NCBI GenBank assembly: GCA_033762375.1
Contig: JANRLQ010000055.1
Span: forward strand, 1 to 64,000
Source: Bacteroidia bacterium
GTDB lineage: Bacteria > Bacteroidota > Bacteroidia > J057
Length of the DNA stretch: 64,000 nt
Reading direction: 5' to 3'
In this document: positions 10,553 through 19,289 of the stretch, in pieces
Layout of the letters: each line of letters opens with the position of its first letter
Position numbering within the stretch: the stretch's first letter is position 1
Position numbers and translations under genes: made by a program
Notes under the pieces: model-generated
Seen by the model: the letters and a program-made list of their open reading frames with translations, nothing else
What the model was told of the DNA's origin: nothing
Databases searched by the model: none

Positions 10553-10736
10553 AGATTCCGCGAGTATTCCTAATAAACCTTGGCGGAATCTTACTTTTAA
10601 AACCACATTCCGCTAAAATTTTATGTGAACCTTAGCGGAATCTCATTTTTTTACCCACATTCCGCGAGCATTCCAAGTGATCACGCGCGGAATCTTGTCT
10701 TTTGCCCATATTCCGCTGGCATCCGCTGCGAGAAAG
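10553..10736. repeat. Three tandem ~52-bp direct repeats plus a partial fourth copy, in the divergent promoter region between the ATPase and the Crp/Fnr gene. Each unit contains an inverted repeat GCGGAATCT-N~21-ATTCCGC.
   Basis: The units sit at 10581-10632, 10633-10684 and 10685-10736. A partial unit carrying attccgcgag lies at 10553-10562. The sequence is read directly. Confidence 0.6.
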
Positions 10737-10774
10737 CTTGATTTTTCATACTTTGACAGCTACAACTCCCTCCC

Positions 10775-11371
10775 ATGACCCTCTCCGACCAACTCCTCCA
10801 GCTCAAAAAAGCCATTCAGCAGATTGTGCCGATTCCCGACGATGAACTCGATGCGGTGAAGGACGATTTTGTGCCGCAGGAGATAGCCAAAGGAGAGCTG
10901 CTGCTGGAGGAAGGGCGCGTCTGCGGGCATTTGGCTTTTGTGAATCAGGGTTTGTTTAAAACCTACCTCCTCCAGGATGGCAAGGAGCATATCCGGCAGT
11001 TTATCGCAGAAAGTGGGTTTGCGATCGAGCTGGGGAGTTTTCTCACCGGCGCACCTTCTGCTTTTTCCATAGAGGCCCTGGAAGATTCGCTGATTCTCAA
11101 AATCGAAGCCCGGCGGCTGAATGCCATTTTTGAAAGTTCCCTGCTTTACATGCAACTCGGCAAAATACTGGCCGAATCTGCTGCCGTCAACCTCACCCGG
11201 CGTAGCGTGTCGCTCATCAAAGACAACGCCACCACCCGTTACCTTGATTTTATCCGCGAAAGGCCCCATCTCCTCCAACGTGTACCGCAGTTTATGATCG
11301 CCTCCTACCTCGGCATCAGCCCCGAAGCCCTCAGCCGCATCCGCAAAGAACTGGCCGCCGGTGCTTCTTGA
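10775..11371 (+). CDS. Crp/Fnr family transcriptional regulator
   Basis: An N-terminal cNMP-binding beta-barrel pattern is followed by a C-terminal HTH (TRYLDFIRERPHLLQRVPQFMIASYLGISPEALSRIRKEL). Confidence 0.85.
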   Translation: MTLSDQLLQLKKAIQQIVPIPDDELDAVKDDFVPQEIAKGELLLEEGRVCGHLAFVNQGLFKTYLLQDGKEHIRQFIAESGFAIELGSFLTGAPSAFSIEALEDSLILKIEARRLNAIFESSLLYMQLGKILAESAAVNLTRRSVSLIKDNATTRYLDFIRERPHLLQRVPQFMIASYLGISPEALSRIRKELAAGAS

Positions 11372-11439
11372 TCTACATCAATGTTCCACCGCCCGTGCGC
11401 CCGCAACTTTGCCTTTGTAATCATTCATCATTACCTCTT

Positions 11440-12306
11440 ATGGCAAAGAAAATAGCTGTCATCGGTGCCACGGGCAGGCTCGCGCCGGTCGTGATTCGTG
11501 AACTGGCAAAAACGCATACGGTTACCGCCATCGTGCGCAATCCGGAGAAAGCAAAGGGGCTTTTGCCGCCAAATGTATCGGTAAAAATAGCTGATTTGCA
11601 GGATATTAACAGCCTGAAGGCAGCCATTCAGGGCGTAGATATGCTCTACCTCAACCTCTCCGCAGAAGCGCCGGGGGCTACCTTCCAGCCAGAACTCGAC
11701 GGGGTCCGAAATGTGCTCAAAGCGGCGGAAGGCAGTACCGTGCAACGCATCCTGAAACTATCGGGCCTGGGCGCGTACCGCCCGGATTTTGCACCGGGAA
11801 AAACGCTCTTCGCCAACGAAATCCGCCGCCAGGGCCAGGAACTGATCCGAAGCAGCGGCATTCCCTATACCTTTTTTCATGCCACCTGGTTTATGGAAAG
11901 CCTGGAGCTCATGCTGAGGCAGGGCGATACCCTCAATGGATTTAAACCGCTGCCATACCCGTTTTACTGGATTGCAGGTGCCGACTATGCCCGTATAGTG
12001 GCCCGCGCCGTGGAGCTTGACCTTCCAGGCAACCGCGACTATATCATACAAGGCCCTGAGCCTGTCCTGATGGCTGATGCCCTGAAACGTTACGCCAGGT
12101 CATTTTCACCTGTTCTCAAGGTCCGCGAAACCCCCATCGGTATGCTGAAATTCATTGGATGGTTTGTTCCTGCATTAAAACAGGTAGCTGCGATGGGTGA
12201 ATATTTTCAAGGATTTCAGGAGCAGTTGGCTGCTGGAGAGACCTGGAAAGAGCTGGGAGCACCGACGCAGCGGATCGAAGAGTTTGCACGGGAGATACAG
12301 CGATGA
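11440..12306 (+). CDS. NmrA-like / NAD(P)H-binding (SDR superfamily) protein
   Basis: A Rossmann GxxGxxG motif is present at the N-terminus (MAKKIAVIGATGRLAPVVIRELAK). The start is at the internal ATG at 11440. Pairing with an adjacent Crp/Fnr regulator is common. Confidence 0.75.
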   Translation: MAKKIAVIGATGRLAPVVIRELAKTHTVTAIVRNPEKAKGLLPPNVSVKIADLQDINSLKAAIQGVDMLYLNLSAEAPGATFQPELDGVRNVLKAAEGSTVQRILKLSGLGAYRPDFAPGKTLFANEIRRQGQELIRSSGIPYTFFHATWFMESLELMLRQGDTLNGFKPLPYPFYWIAGADYARIVARAVELDLPGNRDYIIQGPEPVLMADALKRYARSFSPVLKVRETPIGMLKFIGWFVPALKQVAAMGEYFQGFQEQLAAGETWKELGAPTQRIEEFAREIQR

Positions 12307-12342
12307 GCGGATGGCTGATCAGTCATATAAGCGTTTGTTAGC

Positions 12343-13317
12343 TCAGGGCGCCTTGATCGCCTCAATCACCAGCTCCTCAAACCCCGGCAGGGTCCGGTAG
12401 GCAAAGTCCACTTTCCACCGGGAGATATACTCGCGGCTGACTTCGAGGAAGTATTTGTCCTGGCCGAGGCGGGGACCCAGGTCGGCGTCGTTTTGGCGGT
12501 AGTTGATCACGATGGGGATGTCCCGCTCGATGAGGAAGTACTGCGGATGGGTGAAATACCCCAGCGGGGTCGTATCATACGGGATAAACCCTTCTACCCC
12601 AAACAGATCCAGGGAAAGTTTCATCCAGGGTTCGAGTACACCATAAAGCCAGCGGTCGGCTTTGTTGCCCTGCCGGAGAAACTGCACATCGGCTTTTCCG
12701 AGGTGGAGGTATTCGCTGCACTGGTAGCCGCTCAGGACGACGTGAATGCCTGCGTCGAGGATCACCCGGAAGGACTCGACGTCCAGCTCAAAATTATAGT
12801 CCCATACCGTATGCTGGCGCAGGCCGGGGCGGAAGGGATAACCCGTTGTGCGTCCGGCACAAAAGACGATGGTCCCGATGCGGGCGGCCAGTTCCGGGTG
12901 GTTTTTGAGGACGGTAGCAATATTGGTGGCAGGACCCAGGGCGAGGATGTTGAGTTTCTCCTGGCGCAGGGCAGCGGCCAGGGCGCGGGAGGCATCGGTT
13001 TCTGTCCCGAGGTCATCTCCTTTGGGCGAACCTTTATACACCGGGATCGTCCGCCCCGGCGCGTAGTCGCGGAGCAACTGCTGGGTCACCTGATACCCGT
13101 AATCTATCTCCGTGATCACGCTGATCCCTACGATGTCAAGCTGCGGCTGGGCCAGGGCCATGATGAGGGCGATCCCGTCATCCACCTCGCGGGGGGCGTT
13201 TTCGGGCAGGCCGATCATGATGTCCGTGTCAAGCCAAAGGCGGGTAGGCGAGGTCTGGGCCTGGAGGGGCAGGGTGCTTGCTATCAGGCAGATCAGGTAC
13301 AGGAACAGGCAGCGCAT
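12343..13317 (-). CDS. Secreted nucleoside hydrolase (IUNH family)
   Basis: The signal peptide (MRCLFLYLICLIASTLPLQAQ) is followed by the N-terminal aspartate cluster (LWLDTDIMIGLPENAPREVDDGIALIMAL) typical of inosine-uridine nucleoside hydrolases. Confidence 0.8.
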   Translation of the reverse strand: MRCLFLYLICLIASTLPLQAQTSPTRLWLDTDIMIGLPENAPREVDDGIALIMALAQPQLDIVGISVITEIDYGYQVTQQLLRDYAPGRTIPVYKGSPKGDDLGTETDASRALAAALRQEKLNILALGPATNIATVLKNHPELAARIGTIVFCAGRTTGYPFRPGLRQHTVWDYNFELDVESFRVILDAGIHVVLSGYQCSEYLHLGKADVQFLRQGNKADRWLYGVLEPWMKLSLDLFGVEGFIPYDTTPLGYFTHPQYFLIERDIPIVINYRQNDADLGPRLGQDKYFLEVSREYISRWKVDFAYRTLPGFEELVIEAIKAP

Positions 13318-13539
13318 AAGTGATCAGGATTGGTATCAGGGACTCAAACGCCCGAAGATAGGTCAGAATTGGGAATCAGGAAAAAATTATGTCGGGTCTG
13401 TCGGGCAGCCGTCAAAAAAACAGACGTGAAGGCACACAGGCTTACGGGGGCATCTTGGTACTTATTAGTATGTGCAATGCAAAATGATGTCGCTAGCTGT
13501 AACGAGATTTTCCCATCTTGGGATCAAGTGTAAATCCTC

Positions 13540-13780
13540 TGTCTTTTCCACGCAAAGCCCAAAAACGTCCTGAGTCTTTGCGTACTTTGCGAAAACTTAG
13601 CGCCCTTTGCGTGAACTCTCTTTCGAGAGAATTACCTGTCTTTTTCCACGCAAAGTTCGCAGAGGCCATGCCGCAGAGGGCGCAACGGGAGAAACTATCC
13701 CATACCTTTGCGTGCTTTGCGAAAACTTAGCGCCCTTTGCGTGGACCCTCTTTCGAGAGAGTCCCCTGTCTTTTCCACGC
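13540..13780. repeat. Two ~80-bp near-identical elements (13576-13655 and 13706-13780), each bounded by 9-bp terminal inverted repeats CTTTGCGTG...CACGCAAAG. A partial third tail lies at 13540-13558.
   Basis: Direct reading gives ctttgcgt.ctttgcgaaaacttagcgccctttgcgtg.a.c.ctctttcgagaga....c.tgtcttttccacgcaaag in both copies. The region is intergenic. Confidence 0.55.
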
Positions 13781-13877
13781 CAGGAATGTCAGTTTATTTC
13801 TACCTCGTTCCCTGGGAGGGGTAGATTTGGTATTGGTTTTTTCGTAAAACACGTATTGCGCACTATATCTTATTTCC

Positions 13878-14432
13878 ATGCGCCTCTGGTCCTTACAGTC
13901 AACCGAAGCGGTGGATATCCTGCGCCAAACAGGTATCCTCCGCACCCCCTGGTCCCTCTCTGTTTCAAGCCCTGCGTGGCAACAGGCCTATCAGTGGATG
14001 GCTGACCGCATGGAGTCGGCTGGTATCAACTGCGAAAATCATGCACCCGTCTGGGCCTGGCACTCCTGTGGGAAGTGGAAGCAGGGGCCGACCCGGTTAG
14101 ATGCCTATGCGCTCCTCAGCGACCTGCAAGTGATGGCGGGAGTTCAAACGATTGAGTTTGAATGTCCGGATCATCTGGTCCTGCGGTCCTGGTATCATAT
14201 ATGGTGTGACATCCTGTTTCATTTTCTTGACGGCATGCCTCTTGACGCCCTGGACCCTGCGTGGGTAACACAGTGTTTTAAGGTGCATCCGCGTGGGTTC
14301 AAGTCTCACTACGCGATCCAGGCAGCCCTTCCATATATCCGGTTAGCGTGGGTGCAGGACATCCGCCCCCTCAACCTGACGATGGAGATGCGCACCCACC
14401 ACGAGGGAGTGGATTTTTCAGTTCCGCTCTGA
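13878..14432 (+). CDS. Hypothetical protein
   Basis: A 184-aa ORF, Trp- and His-rich, with plausible coding composition. No motif recognised. Confidence 0.4.
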   Translation: MRLWSLQSTEAVDILRQTGILRTPWSLSVSSPAWQQAYQWMADRMESAGINCENHAPVWAWHSCGKWKQGPTRLDAYALLSDLQVMAGVQTIEFECPDHLVLRSWYHIWCDILFHFLDGMPLDALDPAWVTQCFKVHPRGFKSHYAIQAALPYIRLAWVQDIRPLNLTMEMRTHHEGVDFSVPL

Positions 14433-14445
14433 AGCTGGCGGGGTA

Positions 14446-15525
14446 TCAGGGCATCAGGCACTCCCGCCGGATCAGGTCCACCTCTGCCTGCAGGTACGGG
14501 GTGCCATCCTGCCGGAATATGTCGTGAAACCACAAGGCCGGCTCCGATCCGTCCTGATGGGTGGTATCCGACCAGGCATAGATGGTATTGGTTTTGCCGC
14601 TGACCAGGCCCCAGTTGATGGCGCTGACCTGTTCCCGCTTCAGGATCGGGAGAATGGTTTCGAAGGTACTGCCATTTTTCCGGGCCATATACTCCGAGCA
14701 GAGGAGGGGACGCTCATAGGCCCGGAGGGAGTCTATCGTTGCCTGCATGGAGGCCGGGTCTGTATAGTTGTGAAAGGTAATGATGTCAGACTCCGCAAGC
14801 TGGCGGACATTGAGATCCCGGAGGCTGGCGTTCCAGACGCCAGAGGTGACCGGCTGGGTGGCAGGGGTGCTGCGGGCCCAGGTAAATACTGCCTGGAGGA
14901 GGGGCATCGAGGCATTGCCTTTGCCGGAGTTACCGGGTTCATTATAGAGATCCCAGAGGACGATGCGCTCATCCGTGGCAAAATGGGTCATCACATCCCG
15001 TACGTACCGGGCCAGGATCGGGAAGTACGTAGTATCAGCACTTTCCCGCTGGCCGGGATCCTGGACCCAGCCTGAGTTGTGGATGCCCGGTTTGGGGGCT
15101 GGCTGGAGGCCGGGGGTACTGGTCCCATTCCAGCAGTCATCCATAAACACAAACATCGTGCGGATGCCATATCCATCTGCGAGGGTCAGGTATTGTTCCA
15201 TCCGCGCTTTAAACCCGGTACTATCCTGTTGCCAGGCTTTGTGGTGGAGGTACACCCGCATGAGGTTAAACCCAAGTCCGGCGGCATAACCCAGTTCCCG
15301 GCGGATCGTGGCCGTGTCAAACGTCTCCGCCTGCCACATTTCGAGTTGGTTGATGGCCGTGCTGGGGATAAAATTAGCCCCCCGCATCCAGCCATGCTGG
15401 TTTGCCCAGGTCTGTGCCTGCGCTGGCGTCCAGCGGGTACGGGCTGTGGGAGCAGTTGGCGGGGTAGGGGAGGAGCAGGCTGCGACCAGCAGCAGGACGG
15501 GCAACCAAACAGATACAATACGCAT
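14446..15525 (-). CDS. Lipoprotein glycoside hydrolase, clan GH-A (GH5-like)
   Basis: A lipobox signal (LLLVAACSS) is present. A TIM-barrel glycosidase pattern with the NEP acid/base motif (WDLYNEPGNSG) is seen, plus FNLMRVYLHH and FVFMDDCWNG segments. Confidence 0.65.
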   Translation of the reverse strand: MRIVSVWLPVLLLVAACSSPTPPTAPTARTRWTPAQAQTWANQHGWMRGANFIPSTAINQLEMWQAETFDTATIRRELGYAAGLGFNLMRVYLHHKAWQQDSTGFKARMEQYLTLADGYGIRTMFVFMDDCWNGTSTPGLQPAPKPGIHNSGWVQDPGQRESADTTYFPILARYVRDVMTHFATDERIVLWDLYNEPGNSGKGNASMPLLQAVFTWARSTPATQPVTSGVWNASLRDLNVRQLAESDIITFHNYTDPASMQATIDSLRAYERPLLCSEYMARKNGSTFETILPILKREQVSAINWGLVSGKTNTIYAWSDTTHQDGSEPALWFHDIFRQDGTPYLQAEVDLIRRECLMP

Positions 15526-15695
15526 GCGGGTAGAAGGATAAGGTAAATAGTCCGGGCAGCAAATATAGCCTCAATATACAGGCATTCCCACACGCCGTCA
15601 ACGTTGTTCAAACCATTACAGGGCCTCATAATACACAACGTCAGTCCGGGAGCGAATGACGTTGTGTATTATGAACCGTGCGGTACAGATTGGCG

Positions 15696-18242
15696 TTACC
15701 GTATTTCGATCATGCGTGTTTCTGGGCGTCCGTTGGCAGTGACCCTCAGGATATACCGTCCGGCGGGATAAGCATCTACCGGGATTTCGGCATGATCAGG
15801 GGCCTGTCCCCAGGTGCGGTGCCAGACAGCCTGCCCGTGCAGGGTCATCAGCTCCACCTGTACGGGGCCGGCAAGGGGGGGGAGCCACCGCAGCGTGAGC
15901 TGGTGCCGGGCGGGATTGGGAAATACCGCCAGCGATGACAGGGACAGCGCATCATTTCTGGCAGATGTTTCTGCTGTAAAATCCCAGATCCCCCGCGCAT
16001 ACGTAGCAAACCGTACCGTACGGCTGGCACTCAGGTACTCCACGTCCATATAATGTACCAGCGGGGCATTGCCGGGGATCAGGCTCCAGCCACCGTTTTC
16101 ATAAACAAAAGGGGCAATACTGGATGCGGCAAACAGCTGTGTTTCATCATCGCTGGCGGCCAGGGCTTCTACCAGGCAAGCAGGCATACCTGTATCAAAC
16201 GGGCTGACCGTCAGGCCATGATCAGCGGAGTAATATACCGGCGCATTGGAGTAGCCGCTGCCGCCGACCCATACCTGATTGCGGTCAAGGTGTGACGGAT
16301 AGATCGTCCGGACATACAGATACGGCGACATCAGCCGTTGGGTCCAGGTCAGTCCTGCGTCTGTCGAGCTGAAAAGATACCCGTTTTCCGTGCCCACATA
16401 CCAGTAGTTGCTGTCCACGGGTGAGATCGCTATGGCCGTGATCCGGCCATTTGCCACTGCCTGAAAGTCATACGGAAGTTCTGTGCCGACAGCGTCTGTC
16501 CCTGGTACGGCCTGTACCCGCAGGAGGTGGCTCCCGCTCCCGCCATGAAGGTACCCTGCGGTGTAGCATACATCCGGGCGATGGGTGGACACCCAGATCG
16601 GGGCTTCCCAGTAGTCTATACGACCGTTTTGCAGGTATGGAGACCAGGTGGAGGATACCCCGCTCGTGAGCGGCTGGGTGACATAATTGCAGCCTTCGCC
16701 CCACCACCATACCCAGAAGGTTTCCCCACCGTCGCCGCTGGCCATATTCGTCACATCTCCGCCCCATACGCCTGTAAAGTCCACCGCCTGAGGTTGGGTA
16801 CTGCCGAGGGCCGTGATCGCATACCCATTGTCCTGCGTACCGATGTACATCTCGCCGGGTCTTGCCTGGGTGGTCACCATTTTGTATATCTGGGTACAGT
16901 TCACCCCTGGTACACCCTGCTGCACAAAATGGTCCGTCGCCGCATCACGCTTGTAAATACCGCCATCAGTGCCCATCCAGGTTTCTGCTTTGCTGCTGAG
17001 CGGGTTGATGATACTGAGTGTTTTGGGTACATCGCCATGATACAGCGCATAACTCCCCGTAGGATCCATGTCCGGGAGGGTCCAGGTCGCGCCTCCATCC
17101 GTACTGCGTGACAGGAGGATTGAGCCAAAGTACAGCGTATCAGCCGAGCGGCGCGAGCAGGAGAAGGAGTTGTCCCCAAAGGGACCGTTTTGATACCACT
17201 CCACCAGATCGCCCTGATGCGTCCAGCCCGATGTGAGGCTGCTCCACGCATAAAAACGCCCCAGGCCCTGCGCCCCTGTCCAGGCGCGGAGTTCGACGAC
17301 GCCCTGATGCTCGCGGCCTGTGAGCAGGCAGCCCCAGAGCGTAGGGTCGCCCCCGATCAACCCCCCAAACTGCCGCAAGCCTGACTGTTTATCCACCAGA
17401 AACAAACTGTCCTCCAGCGCAAGGTACAGCGTCGGATGTGTTGCGTTGTCCGGGAGCCACATATCACTTTTGCCGTGGCGGCCCCCATCCCCTGCCGGAA
17501 TCGGGGAGCGGTAGCAGACACTGAAGGCACCCGCCCGGTCCGCCGAGCGATACACGGTGTAATAATCTCTGCCAAGCGCCGGATCATATTCCTGCACAAA
17601 TACATAGGCCGTATCTCCCTGAAACAACATACGCCGGATACCCATCAGCGGGTATGTATCCAGCCCGGTCGGTTGTACCCAGGCGGCACCCAGGTCATCG
17701 CTGTAAAAAATCCCCCAGGCATTAAGGGTTTTTTGCCAACCAGCGACAACAATACGGGGTTGTGCCCCCGGCAGTACCTTCATCTTGGCACCCGTGCCCA
17801 ACCCGAGCGGGTGGTGATCATTCAGGGAAGACCAGGTCTGACAACTCAGGTCACCAGATCGGAAGACCAGCCCGTAATCACTCAGCGCATACACATGGCC
17901 CTGGATATAGTCTATATCAATGTCCGTAATACGTCCCGGTACGTTGGCCGGGCCGCGTTCTGCCCAGGTACCCGTGATTTCGGGTATATGCATATCCCGG
18001 CCCTGGATAAGCGATTGCAGGCTACGGGCTTCTATCGCACGCCAGTCATCTCCCGGAGCAGTGCGGTGTATGAGGCTGTCCCAGGCCACAGGCCGACGTT
18101 TGCCATCCTCGGGCACAAGCGGCGTATAGTCAGCCCGGCGTATAGCCGGCGGGGTAAAGGCCTGTTTGTCAATAGACTGGCTCCAATACCAGATACCACC
18201 TGACAGCAGAATCCCTCCCAAGAGCAGGGGCGATAGACGCAT
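15696..18242 (-). CDS. Secreted BNR/Asp-box repeat protein (sortilin/GH74-like beta-propellers) with a T9SS C-terminal sorting domain
   Basis: Multiple S-x-D-x-G-x-T-W repeats are present (SDDLGAAWVQ, STDGGATWT, STDAGLTWTQ, SADHGLTVS). There is an N-terminal signal/TM. The C-terminal ~80 aa (LAVFPNPARHQLTLRW...GRYILRVTANGRPETRMIEIR) matches the Por_Secre_tail pattern. Confidence 0.75.
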   Translation of the reverse strand: MRLSPLLLGGILLSGGIWYWSQSIDKQAFTPPAIRRADYTPLVPEDGKRRPVAWDSLIHRTAPGDDWRAIEARSLQSLIQGRDMHIPEITGTWAERGPANVPGRITDIDIDYIQGHVYALSDYGLVFRSGDLSCQTWSSLNDHHPLGLGTGAKMKVLPGAQPRIVVAGWQKTLNAWGIFYSDDLGAAWVQPTGLDTYPLMGIRRMLFQGDTAYVFVQEYDPALGRDYYTVYRSADRAGAFSVCYRSPIPAGDGGRHGKSDMWLPDNATHPTLYLALEDSLFLVDKQSGLRQFGGLIGGDPTLWGCLLTGREHQGVVELRAWTGAQGLGRFYAWSSLTSGWTHQGDLVEWYQNGPFGDNSFSCSRRSADTLYFGSILLSRSTDGGATWTLPDMDPTGSYALYHGDVPKTLSIINPLSSKAETWMGTDGGIYKRDAATDHFVQQGVPGVNCTQIYKMVTTQARPGEMYIGTQDNGYAITALGSTQPQAVDFTGVWGGDVTNMASGDGGETFWVWWWGEGCNYVTQPLTSGVSSTWSPYLQNGRIDYWEAPIWVSTHRPDVCYTAGYLHGGSGSHLLRVQAVPGTDAVGTELPYDFQAVANGRITAIAISPVDSNYWYVGTENGYLFSSTDAGLTWTQRLMSPYLYVRTIYPSHLDRNQVWVGGSGYSNAPVYYSADHGLTVSPFDTGMPACLVEALAASDDETQLFAASSIAPFVYENGGWSLIPGNAPLVHYMDVEYLSASRTVRFATYARGIWDFTAETSARNDALSLSSLAVFPNPARHQLTLRWLPPLAGPVQVELMTLHGQAVWHRTWGQAPDHAEIPVDAYPAGRYILRVTANGRPETRMIEIR

Positions 18243-19147
18243 ATGAAAATCTTTATCTACTCAAGTAACACAAAAACCAGCTATCTGCAAATACAGACAT
18301 GAATATCACAGGGTTGAGGTGGCAGGGAGAAGTGGGCGGTCGTGGGGTGAGGCAGATCTTATTCCAAACTGAGCAAACCGCGGCGTACTCCTGCATGGAA
18401 GGCGGCCGGCAACACCATTTATTCTCCCTATTACTGGTGTACCTGATCGAAGCCACAGGACCTGTCCTGAGCCCTTCGAAGGGCCCCCTCAGCAAACCTG
18501 TTCAGGTACTTTTCACCGCAGGCGTACATATCAACAAAAAAGTTGTATATATTTATGGCGCATCTGGCACCAAACTCCACTAGCCTTGTCCTGAGCGCAG
18601 TCGAAGGGTCGAATACGCTGCCACCAACACCGCAGTGAAAACGACTGTGACTTCAGCCATCCAGACTCCTGTGAATGATTCTTATTTTACGATCAGGGGT
18701 GTGGGAAAGAGTGAAATACCTCGGTTTCTTTAGACCACCTGGTAGAGTTTGTTAATGTGAGCCAAGCGGCTAATCGGTATCGTTCAGCGGGTTGAGGTAT
18801 GTCAGTATCCTGGCGGGCCCGGTGGTGTACCGGTTTCTGCCCCGCCCCATCCTGCAAAAAAACGAGTCATCCCGGGCCGGATTGAGACAGAGGTACGGTA
18901 TGGTATCGGCTTACCCTGATGGGTTTCTCGTGCCGGGTTGACAGACCAGCTGTCTTAGGAACACGCTCAGCATACATGCCAGATATTGCGAAGGGATTTT
19001 GTGCGAAGACAAGGAAGGCAACCCGAGTCAGCGCGGACTCAATCACTCCAGAAGGGGGATTAAGGGGCCCCCTTCTGGAGTCCTCTGACGCATCATCTGA
19101 ACAAAAGCCCGAGTCAGCGCGGAATGTATGTTGAGCGTTTTACTTAG

Positions 19148-19219
19148 TGCCCCCGGCAGGAATCGAACCTGCATCTAGCGTTTAGGAAACGCCTGTTCTA
19201 TCCATTAAACTACGGCGGC
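19148..19219 (-). tRNA. tRNA-Arg (anticodon CCT)
   Basis: The reverse complement folds as a cloverleaf. The acceptor is GCCGCCG/CGGGGGC with one G:G mismatch at 4:69. The D-arm is GTTT-AATGGATA-GAAC. The anticodon arm is GGCGT-TTCCTAA-ACGCT with anticodon CCT. The T-arm is GCAGG-TTCGATT-CCTGC and the discriminator is A. CCA is not encoded. Confidence 0.7.
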
Positions 19220-19289
19220 GGAGGGAAAACGGGTGTTTCCCGGGACAAAAGTACGGATTTTCTGGAAAAACCCTAGCGGAAGTGGCGTT

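Noticed and set aside
10553-10736. A possible small CRISPR array (regular repeats)
   Set aside because: The units abut directly, with a 52-bp period and no unique spacers. Each unit is itself a long palindrome. There are no cas genes nearby. It is better explained as an operator or promoter repeat.
12493-13323. A 276-aa plus-strand ORF
   Set aside because: It is antisense to the nucleoside hydrolase gene and has no motifs.
18600-19147. Search for tmRNA, SRP RNA or RNase P RNA next to the tRNA
   Set aside because: No conserved terminal or domain motifs were found, such as the tmRNA tRNA-like end or the SRP domain IV GGAA/AGCA pattern. Only repeats and a hairpin are present.
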